Assembly (NCBI GenBank): GCA_039811945.1
Contig: JBDHZQ010000001.1
Span: forward strand, 162 to 64,161
From: Propionibacteriaceae bacterium
GTDB lineage: Bacteria > Actinomycetota > Actinomycetes > Propionibacteriales > Propionibacteriaceae
Reading direction: 5' to 3'
DNA: 64,000 nt
The stretch's first letter is position 1, and every line of letters begins with the position of its first letter. Positions 20,666 through 29,014 of the stretch are shown here, one piece after another. The notes beneath the pieces were generated by a model that saw nothing but the letters and a program-made list of their open reading frames with translations, made no database searches and was not told the origin of the DNA. Both the position numbers and the translations under genes were made by a program.

Positions 20666-22212
20666 CCGTACGGCCAGGGCGTGACCGACACGCCGTACTC
20701 CATCCCGGTCGCCCCGGCTCAGCGCGCCCCAGCCAGCCGCGGTCGGCGGCAGTCGTGGGCGGTGGCATCTCCGGGGTGGCCACGACGGCGGCCCTGGCCG
20801 AGCGAGGTGTCTCGGTGACGCTCCTGGAGTCCTCGGACCGCCTCGGTGGCCGGGTCGCCGCGTGGCCCTTGCCCGATGGACGCACCATGAGCCGTGGCTT
20901 CCACGCCTTCTTCCGCCAGTACTACAACCTGCGGGCGCTGCTGCGCCGCATCGACTCTGACCTGGGTTTCCTGATCCCGGTCGATGATTACCCGCTTCAG
21001 CGCCCCGACGGGATGCGCGACTCCTTCACCGGCCTGGTCAGAACGCCCCCCTGGTCGGTCATGCAGTTCGTCGCCCGGAGCCCGGCCTTCACCGCGAAGT
21101 CCCTGGCGCGGGTGAACGTCCTGGCGGCACTGGAGCTGCTGAGGGTCCGGTTTCCCGACACCTACTCGGCGTACGAGGGCGAGTCCGCCGCCGCGTTTCT
21201 CGACCGGCTGCAGTTCCCGCCTCTTGCCCGCGACCTGGCCCTGGAGGTGTTCGCGCGGTCCTTCTTCGCCGATCCGAGGGACTTCGCAGCTGGGGAACTG
21301 GTCGCGATGTTCCACACCTACTTCCTGGGGTCGGCCGAAGGCCTCCTGTTCGACGTTCCGGTCGACGACTACGACACGGTGCTGTGGGCGCCGCTGCGCG
21401 AGTATCTGGAGGGTCTCGGCGTGAGGGTACGGACGTCGACTCCGGTCTCCGGCGTGCACATCGACGACGATCGGGTCGAGGTGATGCTGGAGGGTGAGAA
21501 CGTCCGGGCCGACGCTCTCGTCATGGCCGCCGACCCACGCAGCGCCAGGCGGTTGTTGGCCTCCACCTCTCTGCCCCAACCCTGGCGTCACGAGGTCGGC
21601 CGCACGGTCAACGCTCCGCCCTTCGTCGTCGTCCGACAGTGGCTCGACCTGCCGCTCCGGGCGGACCGCCCGGCGTTCCTCGGTACGGCAGGTTACGGCT
21701 TGCTCGACAACATCTCCATCCTGGACCGCTTCGAGAAGGGTGCCGCTGCGTGGGCGGGAGAGCACGGCGGAGCGGTGGTCGAATTGCACGCCTACGCCTG
21801 CGAACCGGAGGTCGCGACCGACGCCGGAACGGTCGAGCGCGTGCTGAACTCCCTCGTGGGAGAACTGCACCGCGCGTATCCGGAGGCCCGAGATGCCGGC
21901 GTCGTTCACCAAGACGTGCTGGTCCGCGACGACTGCACGCTGATCGGCCCGTCAGGTTGGAACCGACGCCCCGGCGTCCGTACGCCCTCGGAGCGTCTTT
22001 TCCTGGCAGGCGACTGGGTCCGGTGCGACTATCCCGTCGCACTGATGGAGCGGGCCGCCACCACCGGGTTCATGGCAGCCAACGAGATCCTCGCCCGCTG
22101 GGGTGTCTCCGGCCACGATCTCTGGACGGTACCGATGCACGGGCTGCTGAGCTCCCGATCGTCGCCGCGGGGAGGCGACGCACGTCACCCGTCGGTCACC
22201 AGCCAACGTTGA
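20662..22212 (+). CDS. crtU: FAD-dependent carotenoid desaturase, CrtU-like
   Basis: An ATGA overlap couples it to the methyltransferase gene. Dinucleotide fold AAVVGGGISGVATTAALAERGVSVTLLESSDRLGG. About 516 aa. The assignment rests on context with crtYcYd, a methyltransferase and crtEIB, the arrangement seen in actinobacterial isorenieratene clusters. Confidence 0.55.
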   Translation: MTVRPGRDRHAVLHPGRPGSARPSQPRSAAVVGGGISGVATTAALAERGVSVTLLESSDRLGGRVAAWPLPDGRTMSRGFHAFFRQYYNLRALLRRIDSDLGFLIPVDDYPLQRPDGMRDSFTGLVRTPPWSVMQFVARSPAFTAKSLARVNVLAALELLRVRFPDTYSAYEGESAAAFLDRLQFPPLARDLALEVFARSFFADPRDFAAGELVAMFHTYFLGSAEGLLFDVPVDDYDTVLWAPLREYLEGLGVRVRTSTPVSGVHIDDDRVEVMLEGENVRADALVMAADPRSARRLLASTSLPQPWRHEVGRTVNAPPFVVVRQWLDLPLRADRPAFLGTAGYGLLDNISILDRFEKGAAAWAGEHGGAVVELHAYACEPEVATDAGTVERVLNSLVGELHRAYPEARDAGVVHQDVLVRDDCTLIGPSGWNRRPGVRTPSERLFLAGDWVRCDYPVALMERAATTGFMAANEILARWGVSGHDLWTVPMHGLLSSRSSPRGGDARHPSVTSQR

Positions 22213-23083
22213 CGCCGGGGGTCAAAGCACGGAGCGCGACCGCGAGTTTCTCCGGGTCGGGCACGCGAACTCGGCCGCCAAAGACGTCGTAGTCGGCCGC
22301 CTCGATCCGGTCGAGGATCCTGCTGTACAACACCAGCGCCGTCCCCACGCAGCGCCGCGACGCAGGCGGCAGCATCGGCAATCCGAGCCGACCCTGGTGG
22401 TACAAGTCCCGGTTCCGAGCGACCTGCTCGGCCATCATCGAGCGCCATGCCGGGGTGACCCGCCTCACCAGAGGATCGGCCCCGTGCCGGGCCAGGTCCT
22501 CCTGCGGGAGGTACACCCGCCCCCGGTCGAGGTCTTCGGCCACGTCGCGAAGGAAGTTCGTCAACTGGAACGCGTTCCCCAGCGCACGGGCCGGACCCTT
22601 CGCCTCAGACGTGTACGGCTCCAATACCGGCAGCATCATCTCGCCGATCACGGCGGCGGACCCCTCCATGTAGCCGTCCCGCAACTCGGCCCACGAGCTC
22701 CACGTCGTCTGGGTCAGGTCGGCTGCCATGGCGTCGAAGAACCGCTCGAAGCACTCGGGAGAGGTCTGGCGGCGACGCACGGAGTCCACGATCGCCGCCA
22801 TCACCGGTTGCGGAGCGTCACCGCGGGCCAGCGCGGCGAAGAAGCGCGCGCGGAACTCGCTCAATCTCTCCTCGGGAGTCCCGTCACGCGGCACTGCCGT
22901 GTCCTCCGGCGCCACGGACCCGGGCTCGTCGACGATGTCGTCGGCCAGTCGACACAGCGCGTACACCGCAAACACGTCCCGGCGCTGCCGGACGGGCAAG
23001 AGTCGAGCGCCCCAGTAGTACGTCGTCCCGTGCCTTCTCGTGAGCTCTCCGCAGCGGCGGTAGCCGGCGGCGAGCAGCGTCAC
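22196..23083 (-). CDS. crtB: Phytoene synthase
   Basis: The GTG overlaps the crtI stop (GTGA) and gives VTLLAAGYRRCGELTRRHGTTYYW. Asp-rich motifs YALCRLADDIVDE and LTNFLRDVAEDL. The track ORF, which runs to 23338, is over-extended. Confidence 0.9.
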   Translation of the reverse strand: MTLLAAGYRRCGELTRRHGTTYYWGARLLPVRQRRDVFAVYALCRLADDIVDEPGSVAPEDTAVPRDGTPEERLSEFRARFFAALARGDAPQPVMAAIVDSVRRRQTSPECFERFFDAMAADLTQTTWSSWAELRDGYMEGSAAVIGEMMLPVLEPYTSEAKGPARALGNAFQLTNFLRDVAEDLDRGRVYLPQEDLARHGADPLVRRVTPAWRSMMAEQVARNRDLYHQGRLGLPMLPPASRRCVGTALVLYSRILDRIEAADYDVFGGRVRVPDPEKLAVALRALTPGVNVGW

Positions 23084-24555
23084 CGCAGGCCCTCTCGCAC
23101 ACGCTGGGCCGCCAGCTTCCCCGAGATCAGAACCATCGGGATTCCTACCCCCGGAATCGTGCCCGACCCGGCGAACACCAGCCCTGGCACCCGGCGATCG
23201 ACATTCCCCGGCCGAAACGGGCCAGTCTGGCGAAACGTATGTGAGAGCGCGAACGGCGTCCCCGCCGCCATCCCCTGTCCTTCCCAGTCGGCGGGGGTGA
23301 CGAGGCGCTCGGTCACGATCTCCGTCGGATACCCCCAACTCGTCAGGGCCCGCAGCATGCGCTCGCGCAGCAGCGGCGCCGTCGTCTCCCAGTCCAGCCG
23401 GCCGACCTGGAGGTTCGGAACGGGCTCCAAGACATACAGCGCATGGCAGCCCGCGGGCGCGGCGCCCGGATCATCGACGGACGACACCGCAACGAACCGG
23501 GACGGATCCGCCATCGGCCGGCCTCGGTCGAGCAGATCCGCGAAGGCGTCGTCCCAAGCCAGCCCGAAGTGGAGGTTGTGATGACCGACGTTCGGGGGCA
23601 GGACACCTCGGACGCCCACGTGCCAGACCAGAGCACTGGGCGAGTAGCGGCCTCTCCGGACGACGCGCGGGGCCGGTACGTCCGGCAGCAGGCGCTCGTA
23701 GGCGACCGGCAAGTCAGCCGTCACCACGACCGCATCTGCTACGACCTTCTGCCCATCGGCCAGGCGCACGCCGACCGCCCGCCCACGGCTGTCGCGCTCG
23801 ACCCGCTCCACAGACGTCGACCAGTGGAACGTCACCCCCGCTTGCTCGGCCGCCGCGACCATGGCCCGCGGCACCGCGTGCATTCCCCCGTCGGGGAACC
23901 AGACCCCCTCGACGGAGTCCATGTAGGTAATCACCGCATACAAGGCCAGCGCCCTGGCCGGTGCCAGCCCGGCGTACATAGCCTGGAAGCTGAACGCCCG
24001 ACGCAGCCGCTCGTCGTCGAACCGGCGTGCCACGGCCGGGCCGAGGCGACCGAAGGCTCCCAGTCGCAGCAGCTCGAGCGCGGCCCGGGGCGAACGCAGG
24101 AGGCTCAGCGGAGACGCAAAGTTGGTGTCGATGAAGTGGGGTAGCTCGACATCGTTGAGCCGCTTCAGCCACGCCACGAACTGGTCGAACGCGGCCGCGT
24201 CCTTCGGCCCGCACTCGGCCAGGATCTCGTCGCGCATGAGGGCGTGTCCCGGTCGTACGGCGAGTCGCGACCCGTCGGCGAACCACGCCTGGTACGCCGG
24301 ATCCAGCAGCCTCATGGCAACGTGGTCGTCGACGCGGCTGCCCACCGCGCGGAACGCGTCCTCCAGCAACGGCACCATCGTGAAAACCGTGGGGCCGGTG
24401 TCGAAACGGAAGCCGTCCTGCTCCAGCGTTCCGTTGCGGCCGCCGGGCATGGGCTCGCGTTCCAGCACCGTCACCCGATTCCCGTCGGCCAGGTGCATCG
24501 CCGCTGAAAGACCCGAGAGACCGGCGCCGACGACGACGATGTGCGCTCCAGTCAT
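23080..24555 (-). CDS. crtI: Phytoene desaturase
   Basis: 491 aa. N-terminal FAD fold HIVVVGAGLSGLSAAMHLA. C-terminal GLVFAGSGTIPGVGIPMVLISG. Confidence 0.93.
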   Translation of the reverse strand: MTGAHIVVVGAGLSGLSAAMHLADGNRVTVLEREPMPGGRNGTLEQDGFRFDTGPTVFTMVPLLEDAFRAVGSRVDDHVAMRLLDPAYQAWFADGSRLAVRPGHALMRDEILAECGPKDAAAFDQFVAWLKRLNDVELPHFIDTNFASPLSLLRSPRAALELLRLGAFGRLGPAVARRFDDERLRRAFSFQAMYAGLAPARALALYAVITYMDSVEGVWFPDGGMHAVPRAMVAAAEQAGVTFHWSTSVERVERDSRGRAVGVRLADGQKVVADAVVVTADLPVAYERLLPDVPAPRVVRRGRYSPSALVWHVGVRGVLPPNVGHHNLHFGLAWDDAFADLLDRGRPMADPSRFVAVSSVDDPGAAPAGCHALYVLEPVPNLQVGRLDWETTAPLLRERMLRALTSWGYPTEIVTERLVTPADWEGQGMAAGTPFALSHTFRQTGPFRPGNVDRRVPGLVFAGSGTIPGVGIPMVLISGKLAAQRVREGLR

Positions 24556-26207
24556 GCGTCCCGCCAGGCGATCGCATGGGCCGCGTCGCGGAGTCCGGCG
24601 ACGCCCTCCGCCACGAGCGGCTGGCTGTCGAGGGCCTGCAGGGCCTCCCCGACCGCGAGCGCGATGAGCTTCTCCACCTCGGCCTCGACGCCAGCCTCCC
24701 GCATGGCGTACGCCAGCGGCTGCACGTCAGACGCTCTGAACGCCGTGGTTCCCACCCGACGCAGCCGGTCGGCATCCAGACCTGAAAGCCGTTCGCCCGC
24801 GATGACCAGCAGCACGGTCGACTTGGCCTCGGCCAGATCGTCGCCCGCAGGTTTCCCGGTCACGCGAGGATCCCCCCACACGCCCAGGCAGTCGTCACGC
24901 ATCGCGAATGCCCGGCCGAGGTGGTCGCCGTACGCCGCCAGAGAGGACGCCACGTCGTCGCCCGCGCCGGCCGCAGCCGCGCCCAGCTGCAGCGGTCTGG
25001 ACACGGTGTATCGACCAGACTTCACCCGGGCCACGTGCTCGGCGTGCTCGCGGTCGCGACGACCAGCCGCCGACCCGGTGAGATCCGCCCGTTGCCCGGC
25101 GATGAGTTCGACCGACAGTTCGTACCAGACCGTCCGCATCGGCTGTGACAGGCCGTCAACGAGCCGGTCGGCCACCGTGTGGGCCAGGTCGCCGAGCAGC
25201 ACGGCCAGGTTCCGACCGAACAGGTCGACGTCGCCGAGAGCGTGAGCAGCACGGTGCCAACCCGCGGCCTCGACGTGCGCGGCTGGGCGACCCCGGCGGA
25301 ACTCCGACTCGTCCATCACATCGTCGTGGACGAGAGCGAACAGGTGCAGGGTCTCGAGCGCGGCGGCGGCGCGGATCAGATGCTCGTACCCCACTGAGCC
25401 GTGCAGGCCGCCCGCGGCGATGAATCCCCAGTAGGCGAGAACGACCCTCAGCCTCTTGCCGCGTCCCAGCAGTTGGCGGCCCAGCCACCGGGGAAGGTCG
25501 GCCGGGAGGAGGTCGAGGCCGAACCCGCCTGCGTAGGTCTCCCACTCGGCCGCCAACGCCTCCACCTCGGCCGACAACAGGGCCTCCACGTCGCGCAGCG
25601 CGGCGACAACGTCCGGAGGTGTCTGGTCGGATTCGGCGCGGCCGTCGTGGCGAGCCTCGATGAGAGGGACCTGGAGGACGCTCCACGGGCTGTACACACC
25701 CGGGGTCGCGGCCACCGCAGCCACGAGCCTGTCCCACGGCACCCAGGCCCATTCGACCACCTCGTCGGGGTCGGGCTGCGGGTCACCGTCCAACACGAAG
25801 CCGGCATAGACGGGGCAGATCTCGTTCTCTACGATCCCCGACGCATCCGTAGCGCGATACCGAAAGTCGGGCAGGAGGGTCTGGAGGGGGCCGACGTGGA
25901 GCCCGAGTTCCTCACGAATCCGGCGCCTCGCGGCGGCGTCGAGGTCCTCCCCGGGTCGGGGGTGACCACAACAGGAATTCGTCCACACTCCCGGCCAGGT
26001 CTTCTTGCCGAGCGCCCGGCGGGTGATCAGCACCTCCCCGCGCATGTTGAACAGGTAGGTCGAGAAGGCCAAGTGAAGCGGGGTTTCGTGGGTGTGGACC
26101 TCGACTCGGCCCGCCCGCCCGACCGCGTCGCCCGCCTCGTCGAGGAGCACCACATCGTCGGAGGTAGGCCGCGGCGACCTCACGTGACGCCCGAGTGGCC
26201 GTGTCAT
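24552..26207 (-). CDS. Bifunctional isopentenyl-diphosphate delta-isomerase (type 1) / polyprenyl (GGPP) synthase fusion
   Basis: 551 aa. The N-terminal ~185 aa are a Nudix-type Idi (HLAFSTYLF, WTNSCCGHP, VENEICPVY). The C-terminal ~350 aa are a trans-prenyltransferase with FARM LVHDDVMDESEFRRGRP and SARM FAMRDDCLGVWGD. A 4-nt overlap couples it to crtI. Confidence 0.85.
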   Translation of the reverse strand: MTRPLGRHVRSPRPTSDDVVLLDEAGDAVGRAGRVEVHTHETPLHLAFSTYLFNMRGEVLITRRALGKKTWPGVWTNSCCGHPRPGEDLDAAARRRIREELGLHVGPLQTLLPDFRYRATDASGIVENEICPVYAGFVLDGDPQPDPDEVVEWAWVPWDRLVAAVAATPGVYSPWSVLQVPLIEARHDGRAESDQTPPDVVAALRDVEALLSAEVEALAAEWETYAGGFGLDLLPADLPRWLGRQLLGRGKRLRVVLAYWGFIAAGGLHGSVGYEHLIRAAAALETLHLFALVHDDVMDESEFRRGRPAAHVEAAGWHRAAHALGDVDLFGRNLAVLLGDLAHTVADRLVDGLSQPMRTVWYELSVELIAGQRADLTGSAAGRRDREHAEHVARVKSGRYTVSRPLQLGAAAAGAGDDVASSLAAYGDHLGRAFAMRDDCLGVWGDPRVTGKPAGDDLAEAKSTVLLVIAGERLSGLDADRLRRVGTTAFRASDVQPLAYAMREAGVEAEVEKLIALAVGEALQALDSQPLVAEGVAGLRDAAHAIAWRDA

Positions 26208-26243
26208 CTCACTCCGATGTCTATTGTTTGTGCAATGTGGGAG

Positions 26244-26273
26244 ACCCTACCGCCGGCATTCCCTCCTGCACAA
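26244..26273 (-). promoter_or_regulatory. Candidate promoter of the idi/crtE-crtI-crtB operon
   Basis: Minus strand reads TTGTGC - 18 nt - TAGGGT (a TANNNT-type -10), about 35 nt upstream of the ATG at 26207. A 7-nt inverted repeat, TTGTGCA (26228-26234) / TGCACAA (26267-26273), brackets it. By-eye call only. Confidence 0.25.
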
Positions 26274-26290
26274 TGCCATCCTCGACGGAC

Positions 26291-28000
26291 TTAACCCAGG
26301 CGGATACGGTACGGCACACTGAGGACGCCGGACGGCGCGAGCCCGAGGCGGGCGGCCAGCCCGGCCAGCAGTCCTTCGGGGGTCAGGTCGGTGACCGCCG
26401 CATCCAGCCCACCCGGCTGTTCGCTCGATTCGGCCGGTTGAAGCCGTTCGAGCAGACCCAAGAGCGGCAAGGGACGTACGGAGACCCGCTCCCGATCGAG
26501 TCCGGCGAGCGCACATGCCCGATCGACGGCCAGATCCCGGCCACCGAGGTGGTCGACCAACTTGCGTTCGAACGCATCGGCACCCGTCCACACCCGTCCG
26601 CGAGCGAGTGGCTCGAGCTCTTCGATTGCCATCCCGCGGTCGTGGGCGGCCTTGGCCGTGAAGTCGGCGTAGACGTCGTCGAGCCACGCATCGAGGATGC
26701 GCCACTGCTCCTCGGAGAACGGCCGGTTGCCGGTCAGGAAGTCGGCATTGGCACCGGCTTTGACGTCGTCGCGGGTCACGCCGAGCTTGTCGAACAATCC
26801 CTGGGTCACCATCTTGCCGGCGAGCACACCGATCGAGCCGGTCAGGGTCGACGGATTCGCGACGATCTCGTCGGCCCCCATGGCCACGAAGTAGCCGCCG
26901 CTGGCCGCAACGTCGCCCATCGTGGCGACGACGGGCTTGCCGGCCTGCCGTACCTGCAAGACGGCTCGACGGATCGTGTCCGACGCAATGTAGGAACCGC
27001 CGCCGGAGTCCACCGACAAGACGACCGCCTTGACGGTGTCGGACTTCGCAGCCTGCCGCAGGTGCTCACTGACCACCTCGGATGCGGCCTGCCGCCCGCT
27101 CATCGGGGTGACCGGAGCGCCTCTGCCCTGCACGATGCCACCGTGCGCCGACACGACAGCCACGGTCGGACGCTGTGACGACGTCAGCTTCTCGAGTGCC
27201 CGAGTGGCCAGCGAACCGGAGTAGCGCGCCGCGTACTGGAGCGCGACGTCGTCGCCCCACTCGGCGCGGATCGCGCCGTACACCTCGTCGCGGTAGCCGA
27301 TCTTGTCGACGAAGCCTCGGTCCAACGCTGCCTGAGCCGTCATCGGGCCGGAGTTGACCGCGTCCCAGACAGCCTGTTCGTCGAGGTGACGACGCTGCGA
27401 CACGGCCTTGACCGTGGATTCGGCGAGCGATTGGGCGAGCCGCTGGCTCATCTCCCGATTGGCCTGGCTGATCTCCTTGCCGCCGTAGACCTCGGCTGCG
27501 GTCTTGTACTCCTTGCGCTGGGCGAACTCGGGTTCGATGCCCAGCTTCTCCAACCCGCCGCGCAGCAGCAGCATGTCGACGTGCACGCCGCCCAACCCCA
27601 GAGCACCGGACGGCTGCAGCCACACCTGGTTGGCGGCGATCGCCAGCCGGTAGGCGAACATGCCGCTGGAGAGCTCACCGAAGGATTCGGCGTACGCCAC
27701 CGTCGGCTTCGAGCGACCGAACAGCGTGATCACCTCGACCAACTCGTCGACGGTGGCGGCGGAAACCGGGCAGGTGCCGATGTGCACCACGAGTCCTTTG
27801 ACCCGAGGGTCGCCGGCTGCCTTGCGGAGGGCTTCGGCCAGCACGCCCAGAGTGGGCGAGTTGATCGCCCTCAACGCCTGGAGCGGATTCTCCGGAGTGG
27901 CCTTGAGGATCCCGCGATCGAGATCGATCTCCAGAACGAGGGGGCCGACCGCCTTGGCGGGAAACAGGGAACTGAGCAGGGTCGATGTGCCGGGTCGCAT
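26291..28000 (-). CDS. sppA: Signal peptide peptidase SppA, 67K type (S49 family)
   Basis: 569 aa with two S49 repeats (LSVDSGGGSYIASD; ATMGDVAASGGYFVAMGADEIVANPSTLTGSIGV). Confidence 0.9.
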   Translation of the reverse strand: MRPGTSTLLSSLFPAKAVGPLVLEIDLDRGILKATPENPLQALRAINSPTLGVLAEALRKAAGDPRVKGLVVHIGTCPVSAATVDELVEVITLFGRSKPTVAYAESFGELSSGMFAYRLAIAANQVWLQPSGALGLGGVHVDMLLLRGGLEKLGIEPEFAQRKEYKTAAEVYGGKEISQANREMSQRLAQSLAESTVKAVSQRRHLDEQAVWDAVNSGPMTAQAALDRGFVDKIGYRDEVYGAIRAEWGDDVALQYAARYSGSLATRALEKLTSSQRPTVAVVSAHGGIVQGRGAPVTPMSGRQAASEVVSEHLRQAAKSDTVKAVVLSVDSGGGSYIASDTIRRAVLQVRQAGKPVVATMGDVAASGGYFVAMGADEIVANPSTLTGSIGVLAGKMVTQGLFDKLGVTRDDVKAGANADFLTGNRPFSEEQWRILDAWLDDVYADFTAKAAHDRGMAIEELEPLARGRVWTGADAFERKLVDHLGGRDLAVDRACALAGLDRERVSVRPLPLLGLLERLQPAESSEQPGGLDAAVTDLTPEGLLAGLAARLGLAPSGVLSVPYRIRLG

Positions 28001-28075
28001 AGAGCAACCCTAGGCGCCACCCTGCGCCGGACCACTCCGGGATTGCCCGGACCTGGCCGTGGCCTCGCGCTCGGA

Positions 28076-28681
28076 TCAGATGAAGATCGTCTGCGCACCC
28101 TCACTGATCTCGATGAAATCGGCGGCGCTGATCACTCCCTTGACGGCCGGGTGCAGGTCAGCCTCGATCAGTTTCATCATGTCGAAACTCATCTTGCAGG
28201 CCCACATCGAGACGCCGGCGGCAGCGAGCAGGTCGACGAATTCGGGTACGGCCGGCACCTCCAGATCGGAGATCTGCTTCCTCATCATGGCGGTCGCGAT
28301 CGCCGTCATGCCCGGGATCCGTCCCATGACTTGCGGCATCGACGCGTGTTCCAGCCCCGGCCGCAGGTAACCGAGCTCGGGCATGTGCATGGCCGTGTTG
28401 CCGACCATCGTGAACTTCAGCTTGCCGTTGGTCTTGCGGTTGACGATGTCGAGGCCCCAGAACGTGAAGAAGATGTGGGTCTCGATCCCCTCCCCCGCCG
28501 CCGCGTTGCCCAGGATCAGGCCGGGATAGGCCATGTCGAGGTTGCCTTTGGAGCAGATCAGGGCGAGCTTGCGAGGGCCGGCGTATCCGGTCGGGACACC
28601 GGCCGGTGTGGTGTCCGAACTGACCGGCGGCGCTGCCGTACCGAACTGGGGAAGGACGAAGCCAGCAGGTGGCTGACGCAT
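28076..28681 (-). CDS. DsrE/DsrF-like sulfur relay family protein
   Basis: 201 aa. Core KLALICSKGNLDMAYPGLILGNAAAGEGIETHIFFTFWGLDIV, with a conserved Cys in WACKMS. Carries a ~45-aa Pro-rich N-terminal extension. Confidence 0.75.
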   Translation of the reverse strand: MRQPPAGFVLPQFGTAAPPVSSDTTPAGVPTGYAGPRKLALICSKGNLDMAYPGLILGNAAAGEGIETHIFFTFWGLDIVNRKTNGKLKFTMVGNTAMHMPELGYLRPGLEHASMPQVMGRIPGMTAIATAMMRKQISDLEVPAVPEFVDLLAAAGVSMWACKMSFDMMKLIEADLHPAVKGVISAADFIEISEGAQTIFI

Positions 28682-28693
28682 GGTGAACTCCTC

Positions 28694-29014
28694 TCAGACG
28701 CAGCCGACGGGCTTGCGGAGGCCCGCGAGATAGGCCATCTTCTTGGCCGGTTTGACGGGGAACAGCTCGAACAGTTCGGCGACGTCGAAGCCGCCGACGT
28801 TCTGGGTACGGCGCAGGGTCGGGGTCACGCCGGTCTTGGCCGCGTCCTCACGCAGGAAACGCAAGACCGCCCAGTGCCGGTCGGTCAGGTGGTCGATGCC
28901 GACGAGGTCGGCGAGAATCTCGGCGAGGTCTTCGTTCCATTCTTCGCGACGGGTGAAGAATCCTTCTGCGTCGATCTCGAAGGAATGGCCGTCGATCGTG
29001 TTCGTGGGCATCAC
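28694..29014 (-). CDS. TusE/DsrC/DsvC family sulfur relay protein
   Basis: 106 aa. DHLTDRHWAVLRFLRE and a C-terminal arm ending PVGCV, which holds the conserved penultimate-region Cys. Confidence 0.85.
   Translation of the reverse strand: MMPTNTIDGHSFEIDAEGFFTRREEWNEDLAEILADLVGIDHLTDRHWAVLRFLREDAAKTGVTPTLRRTQNVGGFDVAELFELFPVKPAKKMAYLAGLRKPVGCV

Noticed and set aside
22196-23338. Extended 380-aa version of crtB, with similar over-long track ORFs for pntA, sqr, the SBP, ychF, cysD, cysN and the methyltransferase
   Set aside because: The upstream extensions overlap the preceding gene in another frame and have junk composition. Internal starts give canonical N-termini, RBSs and ATGA/GTGA coupling, so the shorter models are preferred.
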